From the NCBI GenBank assembly GCA_965223665.1, contig OZ245011.1, positions 32,001 to 96,000 on the forward strand: a stretch of 64,000 nt of DNA, in the 5' to 3' direction. Shown in pieces: positions 49,328 through 61,195 of this stretch. A model generated the notes under the pieces. That model did no database searches, was not told the origin of the DNA, and saw only the letters and a program-made list of their open reading frames with translations. Numbering within the stretch: position 1 is the stretch's first letter; every line of letters begins with the position of its first letter. A program made the translations under genes and the position numbers. The stretch comes from Nitrospinaceae bacterium. Its GTDB lineage: Bacteria; Nitrospinota; Nitrospinia; Nitrospinales; Nitrospinaceae.

Positions 49328-50848
49328 ATGCTATCTGCAATTATATTTCTTCCTTTAGTGACGGCCATTGTAATTTTAACTATGGCTGAAGAAAAGCTGG
49401 TTTCCATCCGGAGATTGGCTGAAATTGCCGCATTCCTTTCTTTTGTTGGTACATTGTTTTTAGCATATACGTTTGATCCCTCTGCTAAAGAAATGCAATT
49501 TGTGAATTCCTTTCATTGGGTTTCTGCATTGCACATAAACTTTAAAGTAGGCGTGGATGGTATTAGTCTTTGGCTCCTGGTATTGACTGCATTTTTAGGT
49601 ATCCTGGCGATTCGTTTTGCCGATCCGAATCAGAAAAATTTTCGAAATTTTATTGCTTTGACTCTTATGCTAGAAGCAGGAACTCTAGGGGTATTTGTTG
49701 CCCTGGATACGATCCTGTTTTATGTTTTTTGGGAATTAATGTTAATTCCTACCTACTTTTTAATTGGGTTATGGGGAGAAGGAGAGCGGGTTTACGCAAC
49801 CACCAAGTTTGTCATTTATACCCTTGTAGGAAGCTTGTTGATGTTAGTTGGAATTGTTTGGATTACTGTAATTCATTTTCAAGCCACAGGACATTTGAGT
49901 TTTGACTTGGTTACACTATTACATACGGAAATGCCAAAGAGTGAACAACTTTATATGTTCATATTCTTCTTTTTAGCATTTGCTATTAAAGTTCCTATTT
50001 TCCCATTTCATAGCTGGCTTCCTCACACATATAAATCCTGCCCGATTTCAACATTAATTTTGTTAACGGGAGCAATGTCCAAAACAGGGGCTTATGGATT
50101 GATTAGATTTTGTGTTCCCTTATTTCCTGAAGCAATGGCAGATTGGGCTCTTTGGATCGGAACTATGGCAGCAGGTGGGATCGTTTATGGTGCCTGGATT
50201 GCGGTAGCACAAAAAGATATTAAATCCATTGTTGCCTATTCTAGTATTAGCCATTTAGGGTTCATTGCTTTGGGAATTTTTGCATTTAATGGAAAAGGTG
50301 TTGAAGGAAGTGTCTTGCAAATGGTTAACCATGGAATAATTGCTTCGGCCTTATTTATCATAGTTGGCATTGTAGAGCAAAGAACGGGAACAAGAGATTT
50401 AAATAAGCTATCTGGTTTAAAGAAATCTATGCCTGTATTGTATGGTATTTTCATGCTGATTATGCTGGCAGCTTTGGGTCTACCTGGATTGAATGGTTTT
50501 GTGGGTGAATTTCTAATTCTTATTGGCGTTTGGACTTCTACCATATTAGACCAACTTTCTGTTGTCTATGTAGTGTTGGCAGGCTTGGCAATAGTTTTTG
50601 CTTCAATTTATATGCTTTTTATGTTTCAAGGCACTATGCAGGAAAAACCCACAGATGTATCTGAAAACGTTAAAGATTTAAATTCCAATGAGGTAGGCCT
50701 CCTTATTCCTGCTTGTGTTTTGGTAGTGGTTATTGGACTTTATCCTAAACCTTTAATTGATCTAGTCTCACCTTCTGCAGACCATGTTCTAACGGTTAAA
50801 AAGACTGTTAAGCTCTTTTCCGCTGGTTCAGATCATGGTGGCCATTAA
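49328..50848 (+). CDS. nuoM: NADH-quinone oxidoreductase subunit M
   Basis: FYVFWE, KVPIFPFHSWLP, AYSSISH and LGLPGLNGFVGE motifs. Confidence 0.97.
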   Translation: MLSAIIFLPLVTAIVILTMAEEKLVSIRRLAEIAAFLSFVGTLFLAYTFDPSAKEMQFVNSFHWVSALHINFKVGVDGISLWLLVLTAFLGILAIRFADPNQKNFRNFIALTLMLEAGTLGVFVALDTILFYVFWELMLIPTYFLIGLWGEGERVYATTKFVIYTLVGSLLMLVGIVWITVIHFQATGHLSFDLVTLLHTEMPKSEQLYMFIFFFLAFAIKVPIFPFHSWLPHTYKSCPISTLILLTGAMSKTGAYGLIRFCVPLFPEAMADWALWIGTMAAGGIVYGAWIAVAQKDIKSIVAYSSISHLGFIALGIFAFNGKGVEGSVLQMVNHGIIASALFIIVGIVEQRTGTRDLNKLSGLKKSMPVLYGIFMLIMLAALGLPGLNGFVGEFLILIGVWTSTILDQLSVVYVVLAGLAIVFASIYMLFMFQGTMQEKPTDVSENVKDLNSNEVGLLIPACVLVVVIGLYPKPLIDLVSPSADHVLTVKKTVKLFSAGSDHGGH

Positions 50849-50874
50849 TACCAATATTTCAGATTTTTAAAATT

Positions 50875-51564
50875 ATGAGACTTGGGGAACGCATGGTAGA
50901 TGCCCTGTTTATTGAACGTCCAAACAGGTATCTTGCTTATGTGGAGTTGGAGGGGAAGAAAGTGGCAGTTCATGTGCCCGACCCGGGAAGATTACCTGGC
51001 CTAATGATTCCCAAAAGAAAAGTTCGTTTAATTTACCAACCAGGACCCAAGAGAAAAACTGATTATTCTTTGGTTCTGGTTCGTCATGGATCGATTTGGG
51101 TATCTGTTTTTCCTTCATTTGCTAATAATTTAGTGGGCGATGCTCTAAATCGAAAAAGTTTAAAGGGAATAAAAGGTTATGATTCTTTTTCAAAAGAAGT
51201 TAAGGAAGGAAATAGTCGTTTTGATTTTAAGTTGAATTTTCCGAAAGGACCGCTTTTTTTAGAGGTTAAGTCTGTAAGCTTTGTTGAAAAAAGTGTGGGG
51301 AAATTTCCTGATGCTCCCACTGAAAGAGGTCGAAAGCATCTTAATGAATTAATCGACTTAAAGAAAAAGGGCTGTCAATCTTCTGTTGTTTTTATTTCCC
51401 AAAGATCTGATACGCGCTCCATTACTTCAAATGATGAGGTGGACCCGGAGTTTGGAGAGACTTTGCGAAAAGCAGCATCTACGGGTGTTGAATTGTACGG
51501 TTTCAATTGTCGGGTGACTCCTTCTACTGTTTCCATAAATGAAAGAGTTCCCATTAAGTTATGA
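50875..51564 (+). CDS. sfsA: DNA/RNA nuclease SfsA (sugar fermentation stimulation protein)
   Basis: RPNRY, SRFDF, EVKSV and FPDAPTERGRKHL motifs. Confidence 0.93.
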   Translation: MRLGERMVDALFIERPNRYLAYVELEGKKVAVHVPDPGRLPGLMIPKRKVRLIYQPGPKRKTDYSLVLVRHGSIWVSVFPSFANNLVGDALNRKSLKGIKGYDSFSKEVKEGNSRFDFKLNFPKGPLFLEVKSVSFVEKSVGKFPDAPTERGRKHLNELIDLKKKGCQSSVVFISQRSDTRSITSNDEVDPEFGETLRKAASTGVELYGFNCRVTPSTVSINERVPIKL

Positions 51565-52050
51565 ACCTTGGTCTTGCTCGTTTAAAAAGGGTGTAAGATT
51601 TGGCTCAATTTCCCATTTTTTCCCATTGTAATACCAATGTTGTTTGTGAACTTTTGTGCGGAGTCGATTGTCTGGAAGCATTACATACCGATATCTTAAA
51701 GTAATTACTACTTGGTTAAAATCTATTTTTGGATTTGGCTTGCCTTCATTGATATCTACAATTTCACCATCCATCAAATAAGTTTGGTCCAATGGCTGGC
51801 TTCCAAAAAAAGATATTTTTTCGATCAGATTCAGATAAGTCATGAGGTAATCAGAGCGCATTTCTTTTTTAACAAAGGTAGCTCCACCAGTTTCGGATTT
51901 CCTTTCAAATGCACTATTGTAAACTCTTGTGGCTTCACTAAATTGTTCCAAACGTTTTTTTGGCAGGTTGGAGCAACCCATTCCTACCATTAATAATGTT
52001 GAAAGGGCAATAAAAAGATTTAAACCTACATTGTGTTTGTAATGTCTCAT
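51559..52050 (-). CDS. Hypothetical lipoprotein
   Basis: Signal peptide with GMG-C lipobox; NTF2/cystatin-like ending QHWYY...KWEI. Confidence 0.7.
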   Translation of the reverse strand: MRHYKHNVGLNLFIALSTLLMVGMGCSNLPKKRLEQFSEATRVYNSAFERKSETGGATFVKKEMRSDYLMTYLNLIEKISFFGSQPLDQTYLMDGEIVDINEGKPNPKIDFNQVVITLRYRYVMLPDNRLRTKVHKQHWYYNGKKWEIEPNLTPFLNEQDQGS

Positions 52051-52180
52051 GGATGGACCTCATGTGGTAAGATTGCTTTGAAACTAAAAAAATATAGCGA
52101 GGAAAATACTCTTCATATAAAAAGTATAAAAGCTACTTTGGTTTGGAGCAAGAGAAGTTGCAAAAAAAAGGAAATGACTA

Positions 52181-53011
52181 TTGATAAAAAAAACCAATTC
52201 TCAAAGAAGAAGAATTCAGAAAAAGCCAAGAAAACCTAGAGATTCAAGATCTAAAAAGCCCAAGGTTGCGCTATGGGATCAAGCTGCTCGCTGGTATGAC
52301 GCATTGGTTGGAGATCAAGGAAGTGATTATCATAGGTCAATAGTCATGCCTAATGCCTTTAAACTGATGAATTTAAAAAAGGGAAGTCGTGTATTAGATT
52401 TAGCTTGTGGGCAGGGAGTATTTTCCCGTTTTCTTTATCAGAGGGGATTGCGCGTAGTAGGTTTAGATATTTCTGAAGAATTAATTCGCTTTGCTGAGAA
52501 AAGATCCGATCCTGGTATCAAATTTTGTGTGGGAGATGCCCAGAAAAAATCCACTTTAGAAAATGAAAAGTTTGATGGAATTGTTTGTTTGCTGGCTATG
52601 CAAAATATCGAGTCTTTGGAAGGTGTATTAAAAAATGTGAAGAAATGGTTAAAGTCGGCTGGTATGTTTGTTATGGTTGTTACTCATCCTTGTTTTAGAA
52701 TTCCTCGACAAACACATTGGGGCTGGGATGAGGAAAAAAAGATTCAATATCGACGTGTTGATATGTATTCTCAGGAAACAGCAATTCCAATTTTAACTCC
52801 ACCGTTTGCGACGTCTTCTATTTATACTTTAACTTATCATAGGCCCTTAGAAAGTTATTTCTCTAATTTGGCCAGAGCAGGATTTGCAGTTGATTCCCTT
52901 GAAGAGTGGGTATCCGAGAAAAAAAGTCAACCGGGAAAACGGGCTAAAGCAGAAAACAGAGCTCGAAATGAAATTCCTTTGTTTTTAGCATTGCGGTCAA
53001 TAGTGAAATAA
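52181..53011 (+). CDS. Class I SAM-dependent methyltransferase
   Basis: VLDLACGQG, GLDIS, THPCF and YHRPLESY motifs; basic N-terminal extension, start uncertain. Confidence 0.9.
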   Translation: MIKKTNSQRRRIQKKPRKPRDSRSKKPKVALWDQAARWYDALVGDQGSDYHRSIVMPNAFKLMNLKKGSRVLDLACGQGVFSRFLYQRGLRVVGLDISEELIRFAEKRSDPGIKFCVGDAQKKSTLENEKFDGIVCLLAMQNIESLEGVLKNVKKWLKSAGMFVMVVTHPCFRIPRQTHWGWDEEKKIQYRRVDMYSQETAIPILTPPFATSSIYTLTYHRPLESYFSNLARAGFAVDSLEEWVSEKKSQPGKRAKAENRARNEIPLFLALRSIVK

Positions 53012-53066
53012 TTTCTTTATAGTAAAGCGGAGAAATTTAGAAATAGCTTATTATAAAAGGTAAAAA

Positions 53067-53459
53067 ATGAGAAGAAACCGAAGTTATACATATGAATTGG
53101 TAGAGCAAAGTTTGTTATTGTCTAAAGTGAAAAGCTATTTAAAGGAACTGGGGGACAATTGGAAGGTTATCAGGGATTGTATGCCAATGGGGCATGTCGA
53201 GTATAAACCGATTCGAAATAATCCGATGCGATCTGGTTACCAGTTTCAATACCGTCCCGCAGGACTTAACTTGAACTTATATTTTCCTGAAAAACAATTC
53301 AATCTATTATTGGAAGAACTAAATGAAGATAAACTTCTGAAACTGAAAGCAACTTTTCAAAGAGCCATTCCTGAGCGTTCGGGTTATATAATTAATGAAT
53401 TTAAGATAAGAGGAATTTTGGATGAACCATTATCTGGAGAAAAAAAGGATGAAACGTGA
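53067..53459 (+). CDS. Hypothetical protein, 130 aa
   Basis: ATG with AAGGT RBS; fills a gap; no recognised motif. Confidence 0.65.
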   Translation: MRRNRSYTYELVEQSLLLSKVKSYLKELGDNWKVIRDCMPMGHVEYKPIRNNPMRSGYQFQYRPAGLNLNLYFPEKQFNLLLEELNEDKLLKLKATFQRAIPERSGYIINEFKIRGILDEPLSGEKKDET

Positions 53460-53477
53460 TTTTTTCATTATTATTAA

Positions 53478-56328
<2,851 letters not shown>

Positions 56329-56345
56329 TAAAGTTCTCCAATATA

Positions 56346-57554
56346 TTAAGAGTTCGTAAATTCCTTTTGGGTTAAAGTTTCTTCCAAAGCTTTAATCAGT
56401 AAATCAATTTCCTTCTTAGAAACAATTAAGGGTGGAATAAAGCGTAAAGTATTTGGGACAACACTATTTACCAGGAATCCCTTTTTTAATAGAATCTGGG
56501 CTGCTTTTAATGAAGAGCCTTTAATGTCGATGCCTATTATAAGGCCTTTCCCACGCACTTCCTCAATTGAAGGAATTTCCTTTGCTAACCCAACCAATTT
56601 TTTATAGAAATATTCTCCATTTTTTGCTGCCCTTGGTAAAAAGGTTTTTTCCGAAATGACTTCTAAAGATGCCAAAGCAGCAGCACAGACTAAAGGGTTT
56701 CCCCCAAAGGTGGAGCCATGGGTTCCGGGTACAAATGTCTTTGCGATTCGATTAGTGGTCACCATAGCACCAATGGGAACACCGCCACCCAAACCTTTTG
56801 CCAAAGTCATTATGTCTGGTTTAATCCCAAATCCCTGATATGCAAATAATGTTCCCGTTCTACCGAATCCGGTTTGAATTTCATCTATAATAAGAAGAAT
56901 ATTTTTTTCAGTGCAAAGTTTTCGAACTTCTTTTAAATAATTTTTGCCAGGTACGATGACTCCGGTTTCTCCTTGAATGGGCTCAAGCATGATTGCGCAA
57001 GTTTTGGATGAAATCTCTTTTTTTAAAGCCCCTACATCATCAAAGGGAACATTCTTGAAGCCTTTCAACATTGGGCCAAACCCTATCTGCATTTTTTTTT
57101 GGGGGGTTGCACTCAGAGAGCCATAAGTGCGCCCATGAAAAGAACGATTGGTGGTAATAATTTCATATTTATTTTTAAAACCCTGATCAAAATAAAATCG
57201 TCGAGCAATTTTTATTGCTGCTTCAATAGCTTCAGTTCCACTATTACAGAAAAATACTTTATTCCCAAAGCTTAATCGTGAAAGTTCCCGGGCCAATCGA
57301 GATTGTTGAGGAATATGAAACCAGTTTGAAACATGAATTAATTGTTTAGCTTGATTTTGAATGGATTTAACTATTTTAGGATGGCAATGACCTAAATTGT
57401 CTACAGCAACTCCGGCTACAAAATCTAAATATTTATTTCCTGATTGATCCCAAACTTGCATTCCTTTTCCTTTGACTAAAGCAATGGGATAGCGGCCATA
57501 ATTTTGAGTCACATATTTTTTGGTAATATTAATTATATTTTGATTGTTTTCCAT
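56346..57554 (-). CDS. argD: Acetylornithine aminotransferase (class III)
   Basis: NSGTEAIEAAIK, SFHGRT, DEIQTGFGRTG, AKGLGGG and HGSTFGGNP motifs. Confidence 0.92.
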   Translation of the reverse strand: MENNQNIINITKKYVTQNYGRYPIALVKGKGMQVWDQSGNKYLDFVAGVAVDNLGHCHPKIVKSIQNQAKQLIHVSNWFHIPQQSRLARELSRLSFGNKVFFCNSGTEAIEAAIKIARRFYFDQGFKNKYEIITTNRSFHGRTYGSLSATPQKKMQIGFGPMLKGFKNVPFDDVGALKKEISSKTCAIMLEPIQGETGVIVPGKNYLKEVRKLCTEKNILLIIDEIQTGFGRTGTLFAYQGFGIKPDIMTLAKGLGGGVPIGAMVTTNRIAKTFVPGTHGSTFGGNPLVCAAALASLEVISEKTFLPRAAKNGEYFYKKLVGLAKEIPSIEEVRGKGLIIGIDIKGSSLKAAQILLKKGFLVNSVVPNTLRFIPPLIVSKKEIDLLIKALEETLTQKEFTNS

Positions 57555-57657
57555 GTTTGGGGTAATTTCAGGGTTTTAAGTTTGATAATTTCCAATGAAT
57601 TGAAACTTTATCATAAAGTTTCCCGAAAGATAAAACAAATCCATTTGATTAGTTTTC

Positions 57658-58389
57658 ATGTTGAATTCCCTGATTAAAAAAACTAAAGATTTGTTATTTC
57701 CAGTTTCTTGTGTTGGTTGTGGGATGGATCGAAAAGGTCATGGTGAGTGCTTGTGTTCACTATGTCATAAAGGAATTCGATGTATTGAAAATCCGCTTTG
57801 TTATGTTTGTGGCTATCCTATAGATTTAGATTATAAAGTGGATGAAAATAAAATGAGGTGCGGATGGTGCCGTAAGGAAACATTTAGTTTTGATCAAGCC
57901 AGATCATTCGGATTTTATGAGTCAATTTTAAAGGAAACAATTCATTTTTATAAATATAATTTTCAATTGGGTGCTTTAAGAGACATAGAAGATCTGCTTA
58001 AAAAATATTTTCAATTTAGAATTTCTACTTATTCCACATTAAAAGTGATTCCTGTTCCACTCCACGTTAATAAGTTATATTCTCGTGGCTTTGACCAGTC
58101 CTATTTATTGGCCAAAAGTGTTGCAAGAATATTGCATATTCCATTTTTGGGGGTCCCAGTGGTTAGGATTAAAGATACGCCTCCCCAGGTTAAGATTAAA
58201 AGAAAAGAAAGAATGAGAAACATAAAAGGTGCTTTTAAAATTGAAAATTCAGATGCAATAAAAAATAAAGACCTTTTAATAGTAGATGATGTTTTTACTA
58301 CAGGTTCCACCACCAATGAACTGGCAAAAACTCTTAAAAAGAATGGAGCCGGAAAAGTTTATGTTTTTACTTTAGCACGGGCACTATAA
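57658..58389 (+). CDS. comF: ComF-family protein (double Zn ribbon plus PRTase-like domain)
   Basis: Four CxxC pairs; PVPLH, RGFDQS and VDDVFTTGST motifs. Confidence 0.9.
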   Translation: MLNSLIKKTKDLLFPVSCVGCGMDRKGHGECLCSLCHKGIRCIENPLCYVCGYPIDLDYKVDENKMRCGWCRKETFSFDQARSFGFYESILKETIHFYKYNFQLGALRDIEDLLKKYFQFRISTYSTLKVIPVPLHVNKLYSRGFDQSYLLAKSVARILHIPFLGVPVVRIKDTPPQVKIKRKERMRNIKGAFKIENSDAIKNKDLLIVDDVFTTGSTTNELAKTLKKNGAGKVYVFTLARAL

Positions 58390-58428
58390 AGTTTAGGTAA
58401 GATTTGATAGGTCAATTAGAATTTTGCA

Positions 58429-59763
58429 TTATCTCAAACTGCCTGTAACCAGCCACCATGAAATAATACTAGCTGCATATCCAAGGGCTATTGTCCAAGA
58501 CCATTTTAAATGCGACATAAAAGTATAGTTTTTCCTATCAACTCCCATGACCGCTACTCCTGCTGCCGAACCTACCGAAAGCAAACTTCCCCCAACTCCA
58601 GTGGTTAGCGTAATCAAAAGCCATTGATCTACACCCATGGAAGGATCCATTTTTAATACAGCAAACATTACCGGAATATTGTCTACAATTGCGGAAAGTA
58701 CACCTACACATATATTTGACCAGGTTGGCCCAATGGTTCCATAAAGAGATTCGCTGACAAGGGCAAGGTAACCTAAGTATTGTAATGCTCCAACAGCAGT
58801 AAGGACTCCAAAAAAGAAGAGTAGCGTATCAAACTCAACATTAGATATTTTTCTAAATATATCAAACTGTTGAGAAGATTCCTCCATATCGGGGTCTAAA
58901 TGAAGTTCTTCCAGTACGGGCCGATTTCCCCATCTTTTAAGGTAATAACCAAAGATCATTAAAACACCTAATCCCAGCATCATTCCTAAAAATGGTGGAA
59001 GATGTAAAAATTGATGGAAGCTTACCGCGGTTGCAATAGTTAAAATACCCATTCCTATTACTACCTTTGCTCCGGGTTTTAATTTAATGACCCCCGATTC
59101 GCTTTCAGGGTGTTCATCAGGGAGGAAAAAATACATTATCGCGGCAGGAATTAACCAATTGATTAAAGACGGAATCATTAAGTATGCAAATTGTAGAGTT
59201 TCAACTTTACCTGCTGTCCAAACCATTAGAGTGGTAATATCACCAAAAGGGCTCCAGGCTCCCCCCGCGTTTGCCGCAACAACAATATTTGTAAATGAAA
59301 GCACTATAAATCGAGAATGACCGCCACTTACCGCCAGTGCAACTGTGGACATTAACAAAGCACTCGTTAAATTATCCGCTAAAGGAGAGAGGAAAAAAGT
59401 AATGATTCCCGTTGCCCAAAATAAGGCGCGAAATCCCAAGCCTTTTCTTAAAAGCCAGGAACGAAGACAATTAAATACATTTCTTTCATCCAAAGTATTG
59501 ATATATGTCATGGCCGATAGAAGAAAGAAAAAGAGTTCACCGATTTCTGCAATTAATTCTTTGACAAATTCATGAGAATGACTTGGATCTCCAAGATGAG
59601 TGGATTCGTAAAAACCGATAAAAAACCACATTAAACAGCCGGCAAGAATTACGGGCTTGGATTTTCTCATGTGGATCTTTTCTTCGAGGACCACAAGAGT
59701 GTAAGCTAGGAAAAAGGCAACTATGGAGATGTAGCCGGCCCAGGAAGTTGTTAGCCCGTGCAT
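58429..59763 (-). CDS. nhaD: Na+/H+ antiporter, NhaD family
   Basis: KSKPV, LADNLTSAL, ANAGGAWSPFGDITT, DNIP and GSAAGV motifs. Confidence 0.93.
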   Translation of the reverse strand: MHGLTTSWAGYISIVAFFLAYTLVVLEEKIHMRKSKPVILAGCLMWFFIGFYESTHLGDPSHSHEFVKELIAEIGELFFFLLSAMTYINTLDERNVFNCLRSWLLRKGLGFRALFWATGIITFFLSPLADNLTSALLMSTVALAVSGGHSRFIVLSFTNIVVAANAGGAWSPFGDITTLMVWTAGKVETLQFAYLMIPSLINWLIPAAIMYFFLPDEHPESESGVIKLKPGAKVVIGMGILTIATAVSFHQFLHLPPFLGMMLGLGVLMIFGYYLKRWGNRPVLEELHLDPDMEESSQQFDIFRKISNVEFDTLLFFFGVLTAVGALQYLGYLALVSESLYGTIGPTWSNICVGVLSAIVDNIPVMFAVLKMDPSMGVDQWLLITLTTGVGGSLLSVGSAAGVAVMGVDRKNYTFMSHLKWSWTIALGYAASIISWWLVTGSLR

Positions 59764-59999
59764 TCAGTACTCCCTAAAGTATAAAAACTGTGAATATCGG
59801 CAATCAAAATACGAATTTAGGTAAAAAAGGTCTTAGAGTAATAGTTAAAAGGAGAAAATTGAATTTGTCTACTAATTTAATAAAATCAATTATTTGGATG
59901 GCAATAATTTTAATTAAGATTCAATTTTTTCGGTATTTCAATTTATGTGAGAAAGCTTAAGTCTTGGAACATTATCTTTATAATTAAAAAAAATCAATA

Positions 60000-60042
60000 A
60001 ATTATCGGGATATAAATGAAAAACATTTATTTCCCGATAATT
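60000..60042. repeat. 19-bp inverted repeat (1 mismatch) with a 5-nt spacer
   Basis: AATTATCGGGATATAAATG-aaaaa-CATTTATTTCCCGATAATT. Confidence 0.75.
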
Positions 60043-60193
60043 ATCTCAATTAAAATGGTCAATTTGCAAAAAAGATAACCATATAGAAATTGAAGACTGT
60101 AAGGTTTGTGTTTGTACCTCGACCAATAAATTTAAGGTGTTGATAACATTAAATAAATTAATAAGTTTGGGGATCGAAAGCGGGGAATTTTGA

Positions 60194-60221
60194 TTGACTG
60201 AGTTTTTTTCTATGCTAACAT
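60194..60221 (+). promoter_or_regulatory. Putative sigma70 promoter of the ispA-dxs-his operon
   Basis: TTGACT-N16-TAACAT with a TG extended -10. Confidence 0.45.
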
Positions 60222-60292
60222 TAGTTTCGTGAGATTTTAGGGTATTTTGTTTTGATTTTTGTTAGCATTATTAGAGGATATAGTAAAAAAGT

Positions 60293-61183
60293 TTGCCAGC
60301 CAAAGAATATCTAGCCGAATGTAAGCGATTCATTGACGAGGCAATTCCACTCTATTTGCCGGAAAAAACGACATATCCTGAAAAAATTCATGAATCGATG
60401 CATTACAGTTTGTTTGCTGGGGGAAAGCGGTTACGGCCAAGCTTGTTAATTGCTTCAACCGAAGCGGTAGGTGGCCAGCGGGGTAAAGTTGTCCCTTTTG
60501 CGGTTGCTACAGAAATGCTGCATACTTACACGCTGATTCATGATGACCTTCCCGCTTTGGACAATGACAACTTTAGAAGAGGGAAACTTACTAATCATAA
60601 GGTCTTTGGGGAAGCGGTTGCTATCCTTTCCGGGGATGCATTATTGACCCAGGCCTTTGAGTTGATGACTAACCATTTTTTAATGGAAAGTATCCCTCCG
60701 AAAAGTGTTTTGCGAGCTTCCCATGAGATGGCAAAAGCCTTAGGATCTACCGGAGTTATTGGGGGACAAGTTGTAGATTTAGAATCAACGGGTCAAGAGA
60801 TTGATGCTTCTACTCTTGAATACATTCATATTTATAAAACAGGTTTTTTTTTCAAATCTTGTTTGAGAGCAGGGGCCATACTAAGTCAAGCTTCACGAGA
60901 ACAGCTCGATGCTTTGTCTCGTTTTGGAGCCCATATTGGGTTGGCATTTCAAATCATTGATGACATACTAGACATTGTTGGAGATAAAGAAAAGCTAGGA
61001 AAAGATATAGGTAGTGATATTGACAAAAATAAACCAACATATCCCGCAATGTTTGGGATGAACAAATCAAAGAAGATGGCTGAGGACTTAGTCAACCAGG
61101 CTAATGAATGTTTGGGTGATTTTGATCACTCTGCTGATCCTCTTCGAGAAATCGCCCGATTCTTTGTGGTACGAACCTTTTAG
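60293..61183 (+). CDS. ispA: Farnesyl/geranylgeranyl diphosphate synthase (TTG start)
   Basis: GGKRLRP, LIHDDLPALDNDNFRRG and FQIIDDILD motifs. Confidence 0.93.
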   Translation: MPAKEYLAECKRFIDEAIPLYLPEKTTYPEKIHESMHYSLFAGGKRLRPSLLIASTEAVGGQRGKVVPFAVATEMLHTYTLIHDDLPALDNDNFRRGKLTNHKVFGEAVAILSGDALLTQAFELMTNHFLMESIPPKSVLRASHEMAKALGSTGVIGGQVVDLESTGQEIDASTLEYIHIYKTGFFFKSCLRAGAILSQASREQLDALSRFGAHIGLAFQIIDDILDIVGDKEKLGKDIGSDIDKNKPTYPAMFGMNKSKKMAEDLVNQANECLGDFDHSADPLREIARFFVVRTF

Positions 61184-61195
61184 CTGGGCAATATT

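Noticed and set aside
38003-50848. '2M'-type complex I with a duplicated nuoM
   Set aside because: Only one nuoM is present; the separate antiporter-like gene at 20300-21835 has NuoN signatures
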